A DNA stretch of 63,086 nucleotides, the filler included, from Octopus bimaculoides (lineage: Eukaryota), in the NCBI RefSeq assembly GCF_001194135.2. It is 8 parts of 8 records of this genome, joined end to end, with 100 filler letters (N's around TTAATTAATTAA, not from the genome) between each part and the next. Parts side by side here need not be neighbours in the genome. Positions count along the whole stretch, not along the records: positions 23,424 to 41,205 come from NC_068991.1; positions 41,306 to 47,843 come from NC_068986.1; positions 47,944 to 54,366 come from NC_068999.1; 5 more parts are not named here. The stretch is one strand, 5' to 3'. Every line of letters begins with the position of its first letter. Position 1 is the first letter of the stretch. Below the pieces are notes generated by a model. The model searched no databases, had not been told where the DNA came from, and was given only the letters and a program-made list of their open reading frames with translations. Positions 38,021 through 50,534 of this stretch are shown piece by piece. Position numbers and translations under genes: made by a program.

Positions 38021-38957
38021 TCAACAGTGGACTTTTCTCCACTGTTTTCAACTTTAGACTGTCTCATCTGCTTCTCACTTGTTGGATCCCTGTTTTTCTC
38101 TTGCAGCTTACTTTCAGATTTTGCTACACAACATCATATGTTTCTTTGAGAAAAGCCCTTCCTCTCCCAAGCCTTGTTGGTTTTGAATTGTCATCAGTAC
38201 TTCAGTAACTTGGCTTTTTTCTTTTCAGGTAAGAGTGTTGGCTCTATGCAAACTAGTTTTTACCTCTGGGAAGAGGTGGTCCATATTAGCCTGGCTTCTA
38301 TCCTTTGATCTGTCTAGCATAAGAGTCCATACCAAGAGCTTGCACTCCACTGACATAGCTCTCAAAGTCATTGAAGCAGACAAGCCACCACATGGCAACA
38401 AGGACTGGACCTTGTGAGGGAATCCAGGGTGATTAGATTGGTGGAAATGTTAGGAGGTCATGTAAGACCCTGTGTAGGATCTGTTCTGGCTCTTTAGATT
38501 TTGACAACAACACCTGCAATAGCATTGCTGCGAAGGTATATCACACCTGAGTTGGCAACCTTTCCTTTGAATAAAAATTTATTGCATGGGAAACTTCCAG
38601 TGTTCCTCAGTAAATCATGTCCAGAGCTGCATACACAAGTACAGATTCATAATCAACTCCTTGACAGAAATATCGTAATTGACTACATATAATCATGTTT
38701 GTATAATTGATCTTACAACACCCAGTGCATTGTGCTCCTGGTTGAGAACAAATTCCAATGAGCTTCATAGTTGAATGGTAAGATTGAAAGTCGAATGAAA
38801 TCCAATTCTGAAAACCACATGCTCCAATGATTTGTAAATATATAAATTTTCATGAAAGCCCTCATCTATGTTGAGATGGGGAAAAAAATCAGATGCATAA
38901 CTGAACTTCTTACCAAAGTTTCATGACTGACTTAACAAAACTTTCTTTTTATTCCAG

Positions 38958-39232
38958 GTCATGTTTCTAGTAAAAAACAAAATTGTGATTATGATCCAGT
39001 GAATAAGACTCTTGACCAGGAAAACTGTACTAAATCTAATACTGCTGAAGAACCCCCTGAAGATGATGGCTTCAGCAATTGCATGGCTAAGATAAATACT
39101 AATAATAAAACTTCACTTGCAAAACTACCTGAAGAAGAAAACATTAGTTATTACTTGGCTAAGATCAATGCCAGTGACCATGATGAAAAATCTAATATTT
39201 TTGGCAACAGTTATCAGAATATAGATTTGTAA
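38958..39232 (+). CDS. Membrane protein terminal exon F, cytoplasmic tail (CHVSSKKQNCDYDPV...NSYQNIDL*)
   Basis: CTTTCTTTTTATTCCAG acceptor in phase 1 matches exon E. Open for 91 codons to TAA; AATAAA near 39465. Confidence 0.7.
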
Positions 39233-39490
39233 AGCTGATTTCTCTTCCACATAGCCACATTCTTGATTAACACACAAGCAGCAGCTTATTTGCTGCATTA
39301 GTAAATCCACATTCAGTATGATTCAATGATCATTAGATCACTATCAAGCAGTGTTCCCTCTATTTCACTACAACCATCATCACCATCACCATTACCAACA
39401 CCACTGTCACTACAATCATAGTCACTTATGTTCTTCTCCAAGCTTGCTAACAATATAATGCATCAATAAAAACTCAAATCATTACATATA

Positions 39491-40727
39491 CAGGGGTTGG
39501 ACAAAATAATGGAAACACTTTAAGATTTCAAACAAATTTATTTTAATATCGGGTAGGACCGCCTTTGGCAGTAATTACAGTTTGAATTCTACAAGGTATG
39601 GACTCGTATAAAGTTTGAATTGTTTCCAAAGGAATTTTTGTCCATTCTTCAGCTAAAACAGTCTCCAGTTCTTGTAGTGATGATGGTGGAGGATATCGAC
39701 TCCTTACTTGTTTTTCTAAAATGCACCATAAATGTTCAATAATATTGAGATCTAGGGACTGTGGTGGCCAGATAAGATGTTCAACTTCACTAGAATGTTC
39801 CTCGTGCCATTCAGTTACAACTTTAGCTGTGTGAATTGCTGCATTGTCATCCTGAAAGATTGCGTTTCCCTCCAGAAACAGTTCCACAACCATAGAATGA
39901 ATTTGATCAGATAAAATGCTTAAATAGTCTTGACTATTAATTCTGCCATGAAAGGAAACCATTGGGCTGGTGGATTTCCAAGGTAAAGCCCCCCAGATCA
40001 TCACAGATCCTCCTCTATGTTTAACAGTTGGAAGATGGCAGCCTGGGTCAAATACTTCTTTTGGCTGTCTCCACATGTATACTCGGTCGATGGTCAGAAA
40101 TAAGGTAAAAGATGACTCGTCCGAGAAAATAACATTCTTCCACTGCCCTAGGGACTAATCCTGTAGGTTTTTACTCCACTCTAAATGCTTTGCAACGTTT
40201 GTTTTTGAAAGCAGTGGTTTTCTCATTGTAGCTCTCCTGTGAAATTCGGCTTTGTGCAGCTCCTGGCAAACAGTTTTTGTGGAAACTGGGTGCTCAAGGT
40301 GGTCGTTAAGTTCTGCAGTAATTTTGGGAGATGTACTTCTGTGATCCTTTCTAACAATTTGCGTAAGAGTTTGACAGTCCCTATCTGAAAGTTTTGGTTC
40401 TCTTCTGGAGTTTTGTTTTGACGAGGAGGTTTTTTCCTCTTTCTTAAAAGCTGTCATTACTTCTTGATACACCAAACATTTCGTTACACTAGCACCTGCC
40501 ATACGAGCACCAACAATTTGACCTCTTTGAAAGTCCAATAGATCTGTCGTTTTAATGAATTTTAATTACCTTTTTCTGATGATATCTGAAAAGAAAGATC
40601 AATTTTAGCAAAACACTAATAATTAATCAAAAAACATAAAAATAGACAAGCTTTCAACGGTTTTATAGATGTTTCAAAATTATGATGCTATGATGCTAGG
40701 CGTTTCCATTATTTTGTCCAACCCCTG
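39491..40727 (-). mobile_element. Tc1-like (DD34E) DNA transposon, full length 1237 bp, transposase disrupted
   Basis: 26-bp TIRs CAGGGGTTGGACAAAATAATGGAAAC with TA on both sides. Transposase pieces DFQRGQIVGARMAGASV, FQDDNAAIH, WPPQSLDLNIIEHLW. Apparent start codon is ACG and frameshifts split the ORF. Confidence 0.95.
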
Positions 40728-40897
40728 TATCTTTGAGCACAGATCTCTAACCATCACCAAGACCCTATAACAAAACACTTCATCATATCCTTCTTCCTCA
40801 GAACCTTATCCCTGTTTGGGTATTATGTATCTGCCTTAATCTCTCCATCCTCAGCTCAGTTATATTAAATCCTCAGTGTAAGATGGCTTAAAAACAC

Positions 40898-41205
40898 TGT
40901 AGTAACGCCTTGTCTCGTGCGCATGCGTAGTCATCAATATCCAAGTTTGGCGCCCTGATTCTTTCTCTTTCTCGGTCGGCCGGCCATGAGCATGGACGGG
41001 TCAAGCTGTCTCTCCAGCATTCCAGCTCTGGGGACAGCTCATTCCAACATTCCGGCGTCTCAGCAACCAGTTTAAGGCTGCCTATTTCCTCCATAAATAA
41101 ATATTGCTGTGTTGATAGTTCAGAGTTCTGCGTTCCGTTATTATTTAGAATTTAATATAGGAAAGCGGGTGTACACCTAATGGTGCATAACCACTTTCCT
41201 ATAAC
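40898..41205 (+). mobile_element. LTR (copy 3), runs into a gap
   Basis: Same TGTAGTAACGCC start, GCGCATGCGTAGT, AATAAATATTG and CACTTTCCTATAAC end as copy 1. Confidence 0.75.
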
Positions 41206-41819
41206 NNNNNNNNNNNNNNNNNNNNNNNNNNNNNNNNNNNNNNNNNNNNTTAATTAATTAANNNNNNNNNNNNNNNNNNNNNNNNNNNNNNNNNNNNNNN
41301 NNNNNGACACGTAAAAGCACCCACTACACTCTCGGAGTGGTTGGTGTTAGGAAGGGCATCCAGCTGTAGAAACTCTGCCAAATCAGATTGGAATCTGGTG
41401 TAGCTCCACCACTGCTCGACAACTACTGTTGGTTTGTTTACATCCCTGTAACTTAGCAGTTCAGCTAAAAGATATCGATAAAACAAGTACCAGGTTTAAA
41501 CAGAAAATAAGGACTGGGGAGTCGATTCGTTCAACTAAAAGTTCTTCAAAACGATGCCCCATCATGGCCACAGTCTAATGACCGAAACTTATAAAAGATA
41601 AAAGATATAAGATAAAAGGCAGGGTATTTCCACAGAAATATGATAATGGAAGGGTTAAGGATGGAAATATTCAATCCACACATTCTTTCATATATATTGT
41701 AAATCAATCAACTCCAAATCTAATATGATCTTTCTCTTCCACAAATTATCATATTCTAAATTACTACAACTCAAATGGCTTGAAGGCTTTTCAACACCAG
41801 GCTTCAGGTAAAAACCTAC

Positions 41820-42093
41820 TACAATAATTATGATAATAATGATAATAATAATGATAATAATGATAATAATAATGATAATAATGATAATAATAATAATAAT
41901 AATGATAATAATGATAATAATAATAATAATAATGATAATAATAATAATAATAATAATATGTAGACACATTTTAAAGTCTCCATCAATGGTGTCTAAAGAA
42001 CTTTGACATTAAATAGATATTTCACCTTATTCCTGTAAGGAGAATGTAAATATCTTTTCCCCCCCCTTCTCCTTTGTGTATTTATTGTTATTT

Positions 42094-42124
<31 letters not shown>

Positions 42125-42234
42125 GTTGTAGTGGTCGTGGTTGTGATAGAAGTAGTTCTGGCTGTAGTGATGGTGGTTAATAGACATAGTGGTGGTCGTC
42201 GTTGTCGTCATCATTGTAATAGTAGTGATGGTGT

Positions 42235-42276
<42 letters not shown>

Positions 42277-42376
42277 CCATGGTGGCAGTTGTGGTGGTAG
42301 TAGTCGTGTTGGTAGTAGTCATGGTGGTAGTAGTCGTTGTGATAGTGGTGGTGGTGGTGGCGACGGCAGCAGTATG

Positions 42377-42450
<74 letters not shown>
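41820..42450. repeat. Compound trinucleotide microsatellites (AAT/GAT, CAT, GTA/GTG)
   Basis: Directly visible. Similar tracts at 27200-27720, 58980-59400 and 60530-61060. Confidence 0.95.
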
Positions 42451-42453
<3 letters not shown>

Positions 42454-43161
42454 CTTCATTTGAATTTTTGATTCAGACTTTTTTTCTTTTATTTTAAACA
42501 TTCCACCCCCATCCACCCTCCACCCCACTCTTTCTCCTGTCTGCTTCTGACTATTTATGGAGACACCAGATGATTGAGAGGAGAAAATGTGATAGGAAAT
42601 AGCTGGCATGTACAGGGGAGAGTATAAGAGGAAGGGAGGGAGGTAATATAAGAGGGAACAGGTTAGAGAGGAGATCATGGTGGGAGGGATTGATATGAAG
42701 GTTAAGAGGAGAAGGAAGAGGAGGAGGAGGAGGAAGAAGAAGTAGAAAAAGAAGTAGAAAAAGAAGTAGAAAAAGAAGGAAAAGCAACAGCAGTGGGGAA
42801 AGAGATAATAGGAATTATATGAAGATGGTAGAAGCAAAAGTGGTGATGGGAAAGATTGATGGTGGTGCAGAGCAAAGATAAGATGTGGAAGGCAGGTTGT
42901 GATTCACATATGCACATGCATGTGTGCACGTACATACATACATACATGCATACATGCATACACAGTTGCAAATGCACAACGTTACACACATACATGTAAG
43001 CCGGGTTTTTTAACGTATTCTTGCTTCATATAACACTTTGCTAATGCGAAACCTTTGTCAGCTGAAAGTTCAGAAGAATCAAATTTTTCATATACTTACA
43101 GGTGAAAAACAAGATATCTCATGAAATAATAACGATGATTATGATAATAATAATAATAGTA

Positions 43162-43194
<33 letters not shown>

Positions 43195-43195
<1 letters not shown>

Positions 43196-43401
43196 CAAAT
43201 TTATGCCACAAGCGCAGCTTGGGGGAGGGGTTTAAGTTGATTACATCGACCCCTGTGCGTAACTGGTACTTATTTAATAGATCGCGAAAGGATGAAAGGC
43301 AAAGTCGACCTGGGCAGAATTTGAACTCAGAACATAGTGATGGGCAAAATACCACTAAGCATATCACCCGGTATGCAAACGATTCTGCCAGCTCACCACC
43401 T

Positions 43402-43472
<71 letters not shown>

Positions 43473-43892
43473 TAATAATAAGCCTATTATAGGCACAGGG
43501 CCTGAAATTTGGGGGAGGGAATAAGTCAATTACATCAGCCCCAGTACTCAATTGGTTCTTATTTTACTGACCCCGAAAGGATGAAAGGCAAAGTCAACTC
43601 CAGTGGCATTTGAACTCAGAACATAACGACAGACAGAATACTGCTAAGCATTTCGCCCGGTGTGCTAATGACTCTTTTCTTTCTACTCTAGGCACAAGGC
43701 CAGAAATTTTGGAGGAAGGGGCCAGTTGATTAGACTGACCCCAGTATGCAACTGGTACTTAATTTATCGACCCCGAAAGGATGAAAGGCAAAGTCGACCA
43801 CGGCGGAATTTAAACTCAGAATGTAAAGAGAGACGAAATACTGCTAAGGATTTCACCCGGCATCCTAATGTTTCTGCCAGTTCGCCACCTTA
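43195..43892 (-). mobile_element. Three tandem copies of tRNA-SINE family C among (AAT)n tracts
   Basis: Each has GGCGAGCTGGCAGAA...GAGTTCAAATTCCGCCGAGGTCGAC on the minus strand. Other copies near 7130, 7765, 10913, 25420, 29365, 33620, 49790, 58090, 61995 and 62550. Confidence 0.85.
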
Positions 43893-43898
43893 ATAATA

Positions 43899-43961
<63 letters not shown>

Positions 43962-45743
43962 GAATAATAATAATAATGTGTTCAAACTCTGCTGAGGTTG
44001 ACTTCGCCATTCATCCTTTCAAAGTACCAGTCAAATACTGGAGGTTAATTGTACTCAGCTGCTCTCTCTCTCCTCAAAAATGCTAGCCTTGTGTCTAAAC
44101 TAGAAACAATTATCAAGAAAAATGGATTGGCAAAATCATAAGAGTGCCAAAATGCCTTGAGGTATTTCCTCCAGCTCTCTCTCTCTCTTTCCCTCTCACT
44201 CTCCCTCCACTCTCTCTTTTTCGTTTTCACTCTCCTTCTCTCTCCCTCTCTCTCCCTCCCTCCCTCCTTCCCCCTCTCTGTCTTTGTGTCAACATTTTAA
44301 CAACCAATGTCGGTTTGTTTACATCCCCATAACTTAACAGTTTGGAAAAAGAAACCAGCAGAATAAATTTTTCTTTTTTTTAAATAAGTACTGGGGCTGA
44401 TTTATTCAACTAAATACCCTTCAATGTGGTGCCCCAGCATGGCTGCAATCCAATGACTAAAATGAGTGAAAGATAAAAGAAAAATGCAAAGAGTACTTAG
44501 AATAATTATGCCTCTATCATAGTAATTACTGAGTTAATGATACTCACTGGAATTTATAGCTGCACATACACAAACATTGTGGTTATATAATAAAAGCACA
44601 GAGTAATGAGAAGACTTAAATACTTTTTCTTAGAATAATTTAGTCAGCATAGGATAGTCAGCTGTTGCTGTTAATTAGCTTTGGGTCTGGCCTGATTCAG
44701 TAAAAGTAATCAAATGCATGTTTTGTTTTTTTTTTCAGACATAGTATATCCAAGACTGAAACTGTTCAATGTAACCTGTAATCTTGAAGACAACATGGTG
44801 TGATCTGGGGAGAATCTGCCTGCTATTTTTAGCAGATTGAGCAATGACAAAGTGGCTGTATTGGTCAGTTGCATCTGTAAAGTGTGATCTGTTGTTGTTG
44901 TTGTTGTTTAACCCTAGGGGTGGCCTAATCAAATGATTTTAAATTTGATTTCTTTTAGCTTGAACTTGAATATGTATTTGGCTTGGGATATGAACAACCA
45001 AAGCCTGATGTTGGTAATGAAATGTAGGAGGGCAGAAATCCTTCTCTTCATGAGGCCAGCAGGATCCAATATAGTACCTAATGGCATTAAGCGTTACCAC
45101 TGTGCACTTATAGACCACATTTTACCTCACACATTTCCTGTTCAGTGAGCAGGTTCTAGAGTCACTACAGTTACATGTGTACAAGCCTAAATTGGCAGGA
45201 CTTACAGGCTCACACCTCATTAGAGGATGGTCAGTTGGGTGTGGATGGATCCCAGCTTGTGATAGAGCTCTGAAGAATGGTGCTAGGTGGTGGTGCCACA
45301 AGCCCAGTGGGGTGACATATATTAAGGGTGGAGGTATCTCTGACAGGGTTGCTCCAGTTATCAGGGAGAGGTGTCATCAATACCCTTATGCTCAAGGGGA
45401 CTACTACAGTGTTGGATACTCCATTTGAATGTGGAGGCCCGTTTATCTGGCCTATTAGTTTTAGTCTGTTAAGTAGGGATTATGTCTGTTAGAAGAGGTG
45501 GAGTATGACAACTTAACCATGTTCTGATTAAATATTTGGTAGTTTCTGCTGGCTGGGGTTGGAAGTTTCCACTAAGGCTCTCAAAAAGCTCCTTGGCCAG
45601 TGAGTTTTTCACTGTAATAATAAATGGGGGCTTATACCAAATAACTTTCCTATATATAAGTTTGGTAATACAAACAGGAAACAGAACTCCAAATATGAAT
45701 GTGTGTGTGTGCGTGTAGATATATATATACACACACACACACA

Positions 45744-46045
45744 TCATCATCATCATCGTTTAACGTCCGCTTTCCATGCTAGCATGGGTTGGACGATTTG
45801 ACTGAGGACTGGTGAAACCGGATGGCAACACCAGGCTCCAATCTAATTTGGCAGAGTTTCTACAGCTGGATGCCCTTCCTAACGCTAACCACTCAGAGAG
45901 TGTAGTGGGTGCTTTTACGTGTCACCCGCACGAAAACGGACATGCTCGAAATGGTGTTTTTTATGTGCCACCCGCACAAGAGCCAGTCCAGGGGCACTGG
46001 CAACGATCTCGCTCGAAAACCCTACAAAGGCCAGTCAGGCGGTAC
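45744..46045 (-). mobile_element. RTE 3' UTR/tail copy
   Basis: Near-identical to the 24043 copy. Confidence 0.85.
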
Positions 46046-46530
46046 NNNNNNNNNNNNNNNNNNNNNNNNNNNNNNNNNNNNNNNNNNNNNNNNNNNNNNN
46101 NNNNNNNNNNNNNNNNNNNNNNNNNNNNNNNNNNNNNNNNNNNNNNNNNNNNNNNNNNNNNNNNNNNNNNNNNNNNNNNNNNNNNNNNNNNNNNNNNNNN
46201 NNNNNNNNNNNNNNNNNNNNNNNNNNNNNNNNNNNNNNNNNNNNNNNNNNNNNNNNNNNNNNNNNNNNNNNNNNNNNNNNNNNNNNNNNNNNNNNNNNNN
46301 NNNNNNNNNNNNNNNNNNNNNNNNNNNNNNNNNNNNNNNNNNNNNNNNNNNNNNNNNNNNNNNNNNNNNNNNNNNNNNNNNNNNNNNNNNNNNNNNNNNN
46401 NNNNNNNNNNNNNNNNNNNNNNNNNNNNNNNNNNNNNNNNNNNNNNNNNNNNNNNNNNNNNNNNNNNNNNNNNNNNNNNNNNNNNNNNNNNNNNNNNNNN
46501 NNNNNNNNNNNNNNNNNNNNNNNNNNNNNN

Positions 46531-46700
46531 ACTAACTTGGTCACCCAGATAGTGGAAGCTATCGACTACCTCTAGTTTTTCACCCTGGAATGAGATAGAA
46601 GTTGTTTCCTGTTTGTTTACAGTGTTTATTGCACCTGAACATCTGCCACATACAAAAACTAACTTCGTAGTTAATCTGCCTTTGATATTGCTGCACCTAT
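46531..46700 (-). mobile_element. RTE LINE RT C-terminal fragment
   Basis: RCSNIKGRL...FVCGRCSG...EKLEVVDSFHYLGDQVS. The matching RTE 3' UTR lies across the gap at 45744-46045 in the same orientation. Confidence 0.85.
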
Positions 46701-46856
46701 ATACACATATATATATATATATATATACACATATATATATAGATTTATGTAATTGGCAGAAATTACAAAGTAATTCAAAACCAGGAGTTTCATGCATAGG
46801 CACTAATTAAATTTTTCTGCTTTTGAGTCACTTTATAACTTCTGTTGGTTAAATAA

Positions 46857-46903
<47 letters not shown>

Positions 46904-49900
46904 ATATGTGGGAATACATTTATATACACATACATAAGTATATACTTACATACAGATGTATATGACAGGCTTCCAGACAGTTTCCAGCTGACTACCAAAT
47001 TCACTCACAAGTAATTGATCAGCTCAAGGCTATAACACTTATCCAAGGCATTGCATAGCGGGACTGAACCGGAAACCACGTGATTGCAAAGTGAGCTTCT
47101 TAACCACATTGCCATGCCTATCATGATTAATGTTCCTCTTAAACTATGGCTGTAGTAAAAAACATGGATAAGAAAAGAATTCCAGTGGGATCTGAGGAAG
47201 AAGGATTGGATATGGTAGCAACTACAGAGCTTGGGGGTAGCTGTGTACACAATATGGTTGATGATAAGAAGAGGAGACATGAATTAATCAAATCTGTAGT
47301 ACTTAAGCAGTAGTAGAATAAGACCAACCAGATCTGAGGAGCAGAGGCCAGAATAGTAGCAGTAGAAAAAACGCAGAGAGAGAAACCAGCATGTTTGTTG
47401 GACAGTGGTTGGAGTGAGTTGGAAGGTAACTTCATGCCAATCAGTCTATAAACATTGGCCTTGTGCCCATTCAAAAGAAATCAATATTTCTAAAGACAAT
47501 TCTAGACATTATTGCTCCACTTACACCTCTCTCTCCCTCTCTCTCTCTATCTCTATCTCTTTCCTTTTTGTACAATCTATCTGGCTATGTGTCTTCATTG
47601 CTGTAATGTCATACTAATCGATGAACCTAATATAGATTTGGCAGTAAGGTGACAGACAATGACTAAACATATCACAACAGAGACACACAGTCTTTGTTAA
47701 TTCTATTTATATCAAAAACTTAGGCAAAGGAAAGACAAAAAATAAAACATTATCAGTGTTTTACATGTTGTTACTTTCTCTTGTACTTGTATGTATAGTC
47801 TTAGAAACACTATAACAACACATTATGTGTATGTATATATATANNNNNNNNNNNNNNNNNNNNNNNNNNNNNNNNNNNNNNNNNNNNTTAATTAATTAAN
47901 NNNNNNNNNNNNNNNNNNNNNNNNNNNNNNNNNNNNNNNNNNNACTTCCGGGGGTGATAATATATATATATTTTTTCTACTCTACAGGCACAAAAGATGA
48001 AATTTACAGGCAAACAGTAAATTGATTACCTGGAGCGCATACACCGATATATATAGACTATGGAAACATGCGTAAAAGAATTACACACTGAATTCTTTAT
48101 TCTTCCTTAGCAAACTACTTCACTGGGTAGGTGAGTGCGTGGAGGGCTATCCATCATTCCAACTCTGCGATAGAAAACACTTGTTTGAAATATATAAATT
48201 CCGCGCAACGAAATCGAACCCAGATTCATGAGGTTGCAGAGGGAACCGTTTTAATACCTACGTACACGCATTCACAACGCTTGCATCCAAACACAAATAC
48301 TTCCATCCACATCCAAGCACACCCAAAATATCTAAATCCAAAACTGAAACTTTCCATGCACAAAACAGAAAAAACAAAACGAACAATATTCTAAAACCTA
48401 TGCATGGAATCTGATCCGATTGGTAACATTTATTGAAACGAACGTTAAAATGGCATTTTAATTAAAACAGGAATAAAAATAAAGGAAAGCCTTTTCGGTA
48501 ACTCTATGCAATTTTGCTTTATAATAGCTCCTATGTTAGGCCGGAGTGCAAAATATCAAAAACTGTATATCATATAGATATATCACGTATTTCTTTGTTC
48601 GGTACCCTCTCTCATGTTTCTTCTGCATATCAAACTACATCTTCCTAACTATATTTAGTTTTTCAATTTTTATTTTGAATGTCAGAATTTATTTATGTAT
48701 TTATTTGTTTATTTATGTATTTAGGTTTCGACGAATGACTAATCAGAGAAACGATAAAATTCCTATGTGTGAAATATATAAGACTTCTTCGCAAGATGTG
48801 CAACGTAATAAAGAGATTTATTTCTTCATGAAAACATTTAGAATATACGAGAATATAGGAGAATATATCTATCTGTGTAAAAGTAGAAGGCAACGGAAAA
48901 ATAAAGCATTGAATATACGGTCATATCTATGACCTTTGAGATCTCTTGGAGTGAAGAAGAAAAATGGTTTTTACTTGTTACATTATAAGCAGCATATCAG
49001 ATAAAAGTACAAATCGAATTTATTGTCATATTTTAGCAATTCTTCTGCCTTGACATTGTAAAAGAACATAGAAGGAACCGATTGTCTATGAAGCAGAGAA
49101 TGTAATTTATACGGAATTGGAAATATATTTCAGTTCTGCAACATGAAATATATTTAAAAAGTTTAAAACATATTTGTCCTTAAAGTTATAAGAATGGTCA
49201 TAAAAAATAACAAAGATACAAAATGGCTGACTTTAGGCCCATTATACTTCATCAGCTTTTGCTGTTCAACTTCGTTAATCTACCGAGAGAATAATAGCTT
49301 CTAGCTATATTCACAGAGAATTCTGCTTAGCTCGCAAGTGGATAAGCTAAATGTCATCTTGGTATTACTTGTATAACCTTTAAACTTTCACTTTGGTTAA
49401 AGTCAGGGTATGGCTTCTAAAAACACAAGGTAGTTTGTAGCTGTGGGACACGCATGTTTTAGACGCAAGTAACTAGGATTGCACCAAACACATTTATTAC
49501 AAATAAATTTTGAATATTACGAATAAAATGTGTCCTATGCTTCTAAGACCTACTTTTACGTTTGTGAGTATATACACATGTGTGTGTGTGTGGAAAGAGA
49601 GAGAAAGAGAGAAAGAGAGAGAGGGGTGAGAGGGGGATATACAGACACAGTGTATCTCTTAATAGAAGGTCACATTTTAAGCGCAGGAAACTAGGACTGG
49701 GAGAACATTTATTAAGGAATGTTTATGATACGGGGCTATTTATTATAAGACTATACACACACACATACACATATATACATTCTTTTCTACTCTAGGCACA
49801 AGGCCCGAAATTTGGGAAAAGGAAGGCCAGTCGATTAGATCTACCCCAGCACGCAACTGGTACTAAATTTATCGACCCCGAAAGGATGACAGGCACAGGT

Positions 49901-50503
49901 GACCTCGGCGGAATTTGAACTCAGAACGTAAAGATAGACGAAATACCAATAAGCATTTCACCCGGCGCGCTAATACACATACATGCACACACACACACAC
50001 ACACATATGTAAGTATGTAAACATTATCGACTGCACATATTCAATGTACGTATCTTGTTTGTTCGCCGAATTCGCTGCAGTCGTAGCGCCTGGTAAAAGA
50101 TTCCCTGATAGCGCTGAACTTTAAAGCACCGGAATGTCACAGACAGGCGAAACAAACACGTAACTTCTCACTATATATATAACATACATATATGAGGGAT
50201 GACCACTAAGTGGACATCCATTATGCTAGAAGAAGGCCACCACCTATGGTCTGACCACTTAGAAGAGATTGTTTTCAAGTAAATTCAGCAAACGCCAGAA
50301 CGTACACGAGGAAGACAAATGAAAAGATACAAAATATAAAGATTAAACACAGAGCGGTTTCGTTGTTACCACTTACGTAATTACTTACGTAATTGTCCGC
50401 AACTCTTCAAAGTTATCACCATAGCAATATAATATGCAGAACTATACACGAGATGTCCGCATATAGATAGATAGATAGATTGATAGATAGATAGATAGAT
50501 ACA

Positions 50504-50534
<31 letters not shown>

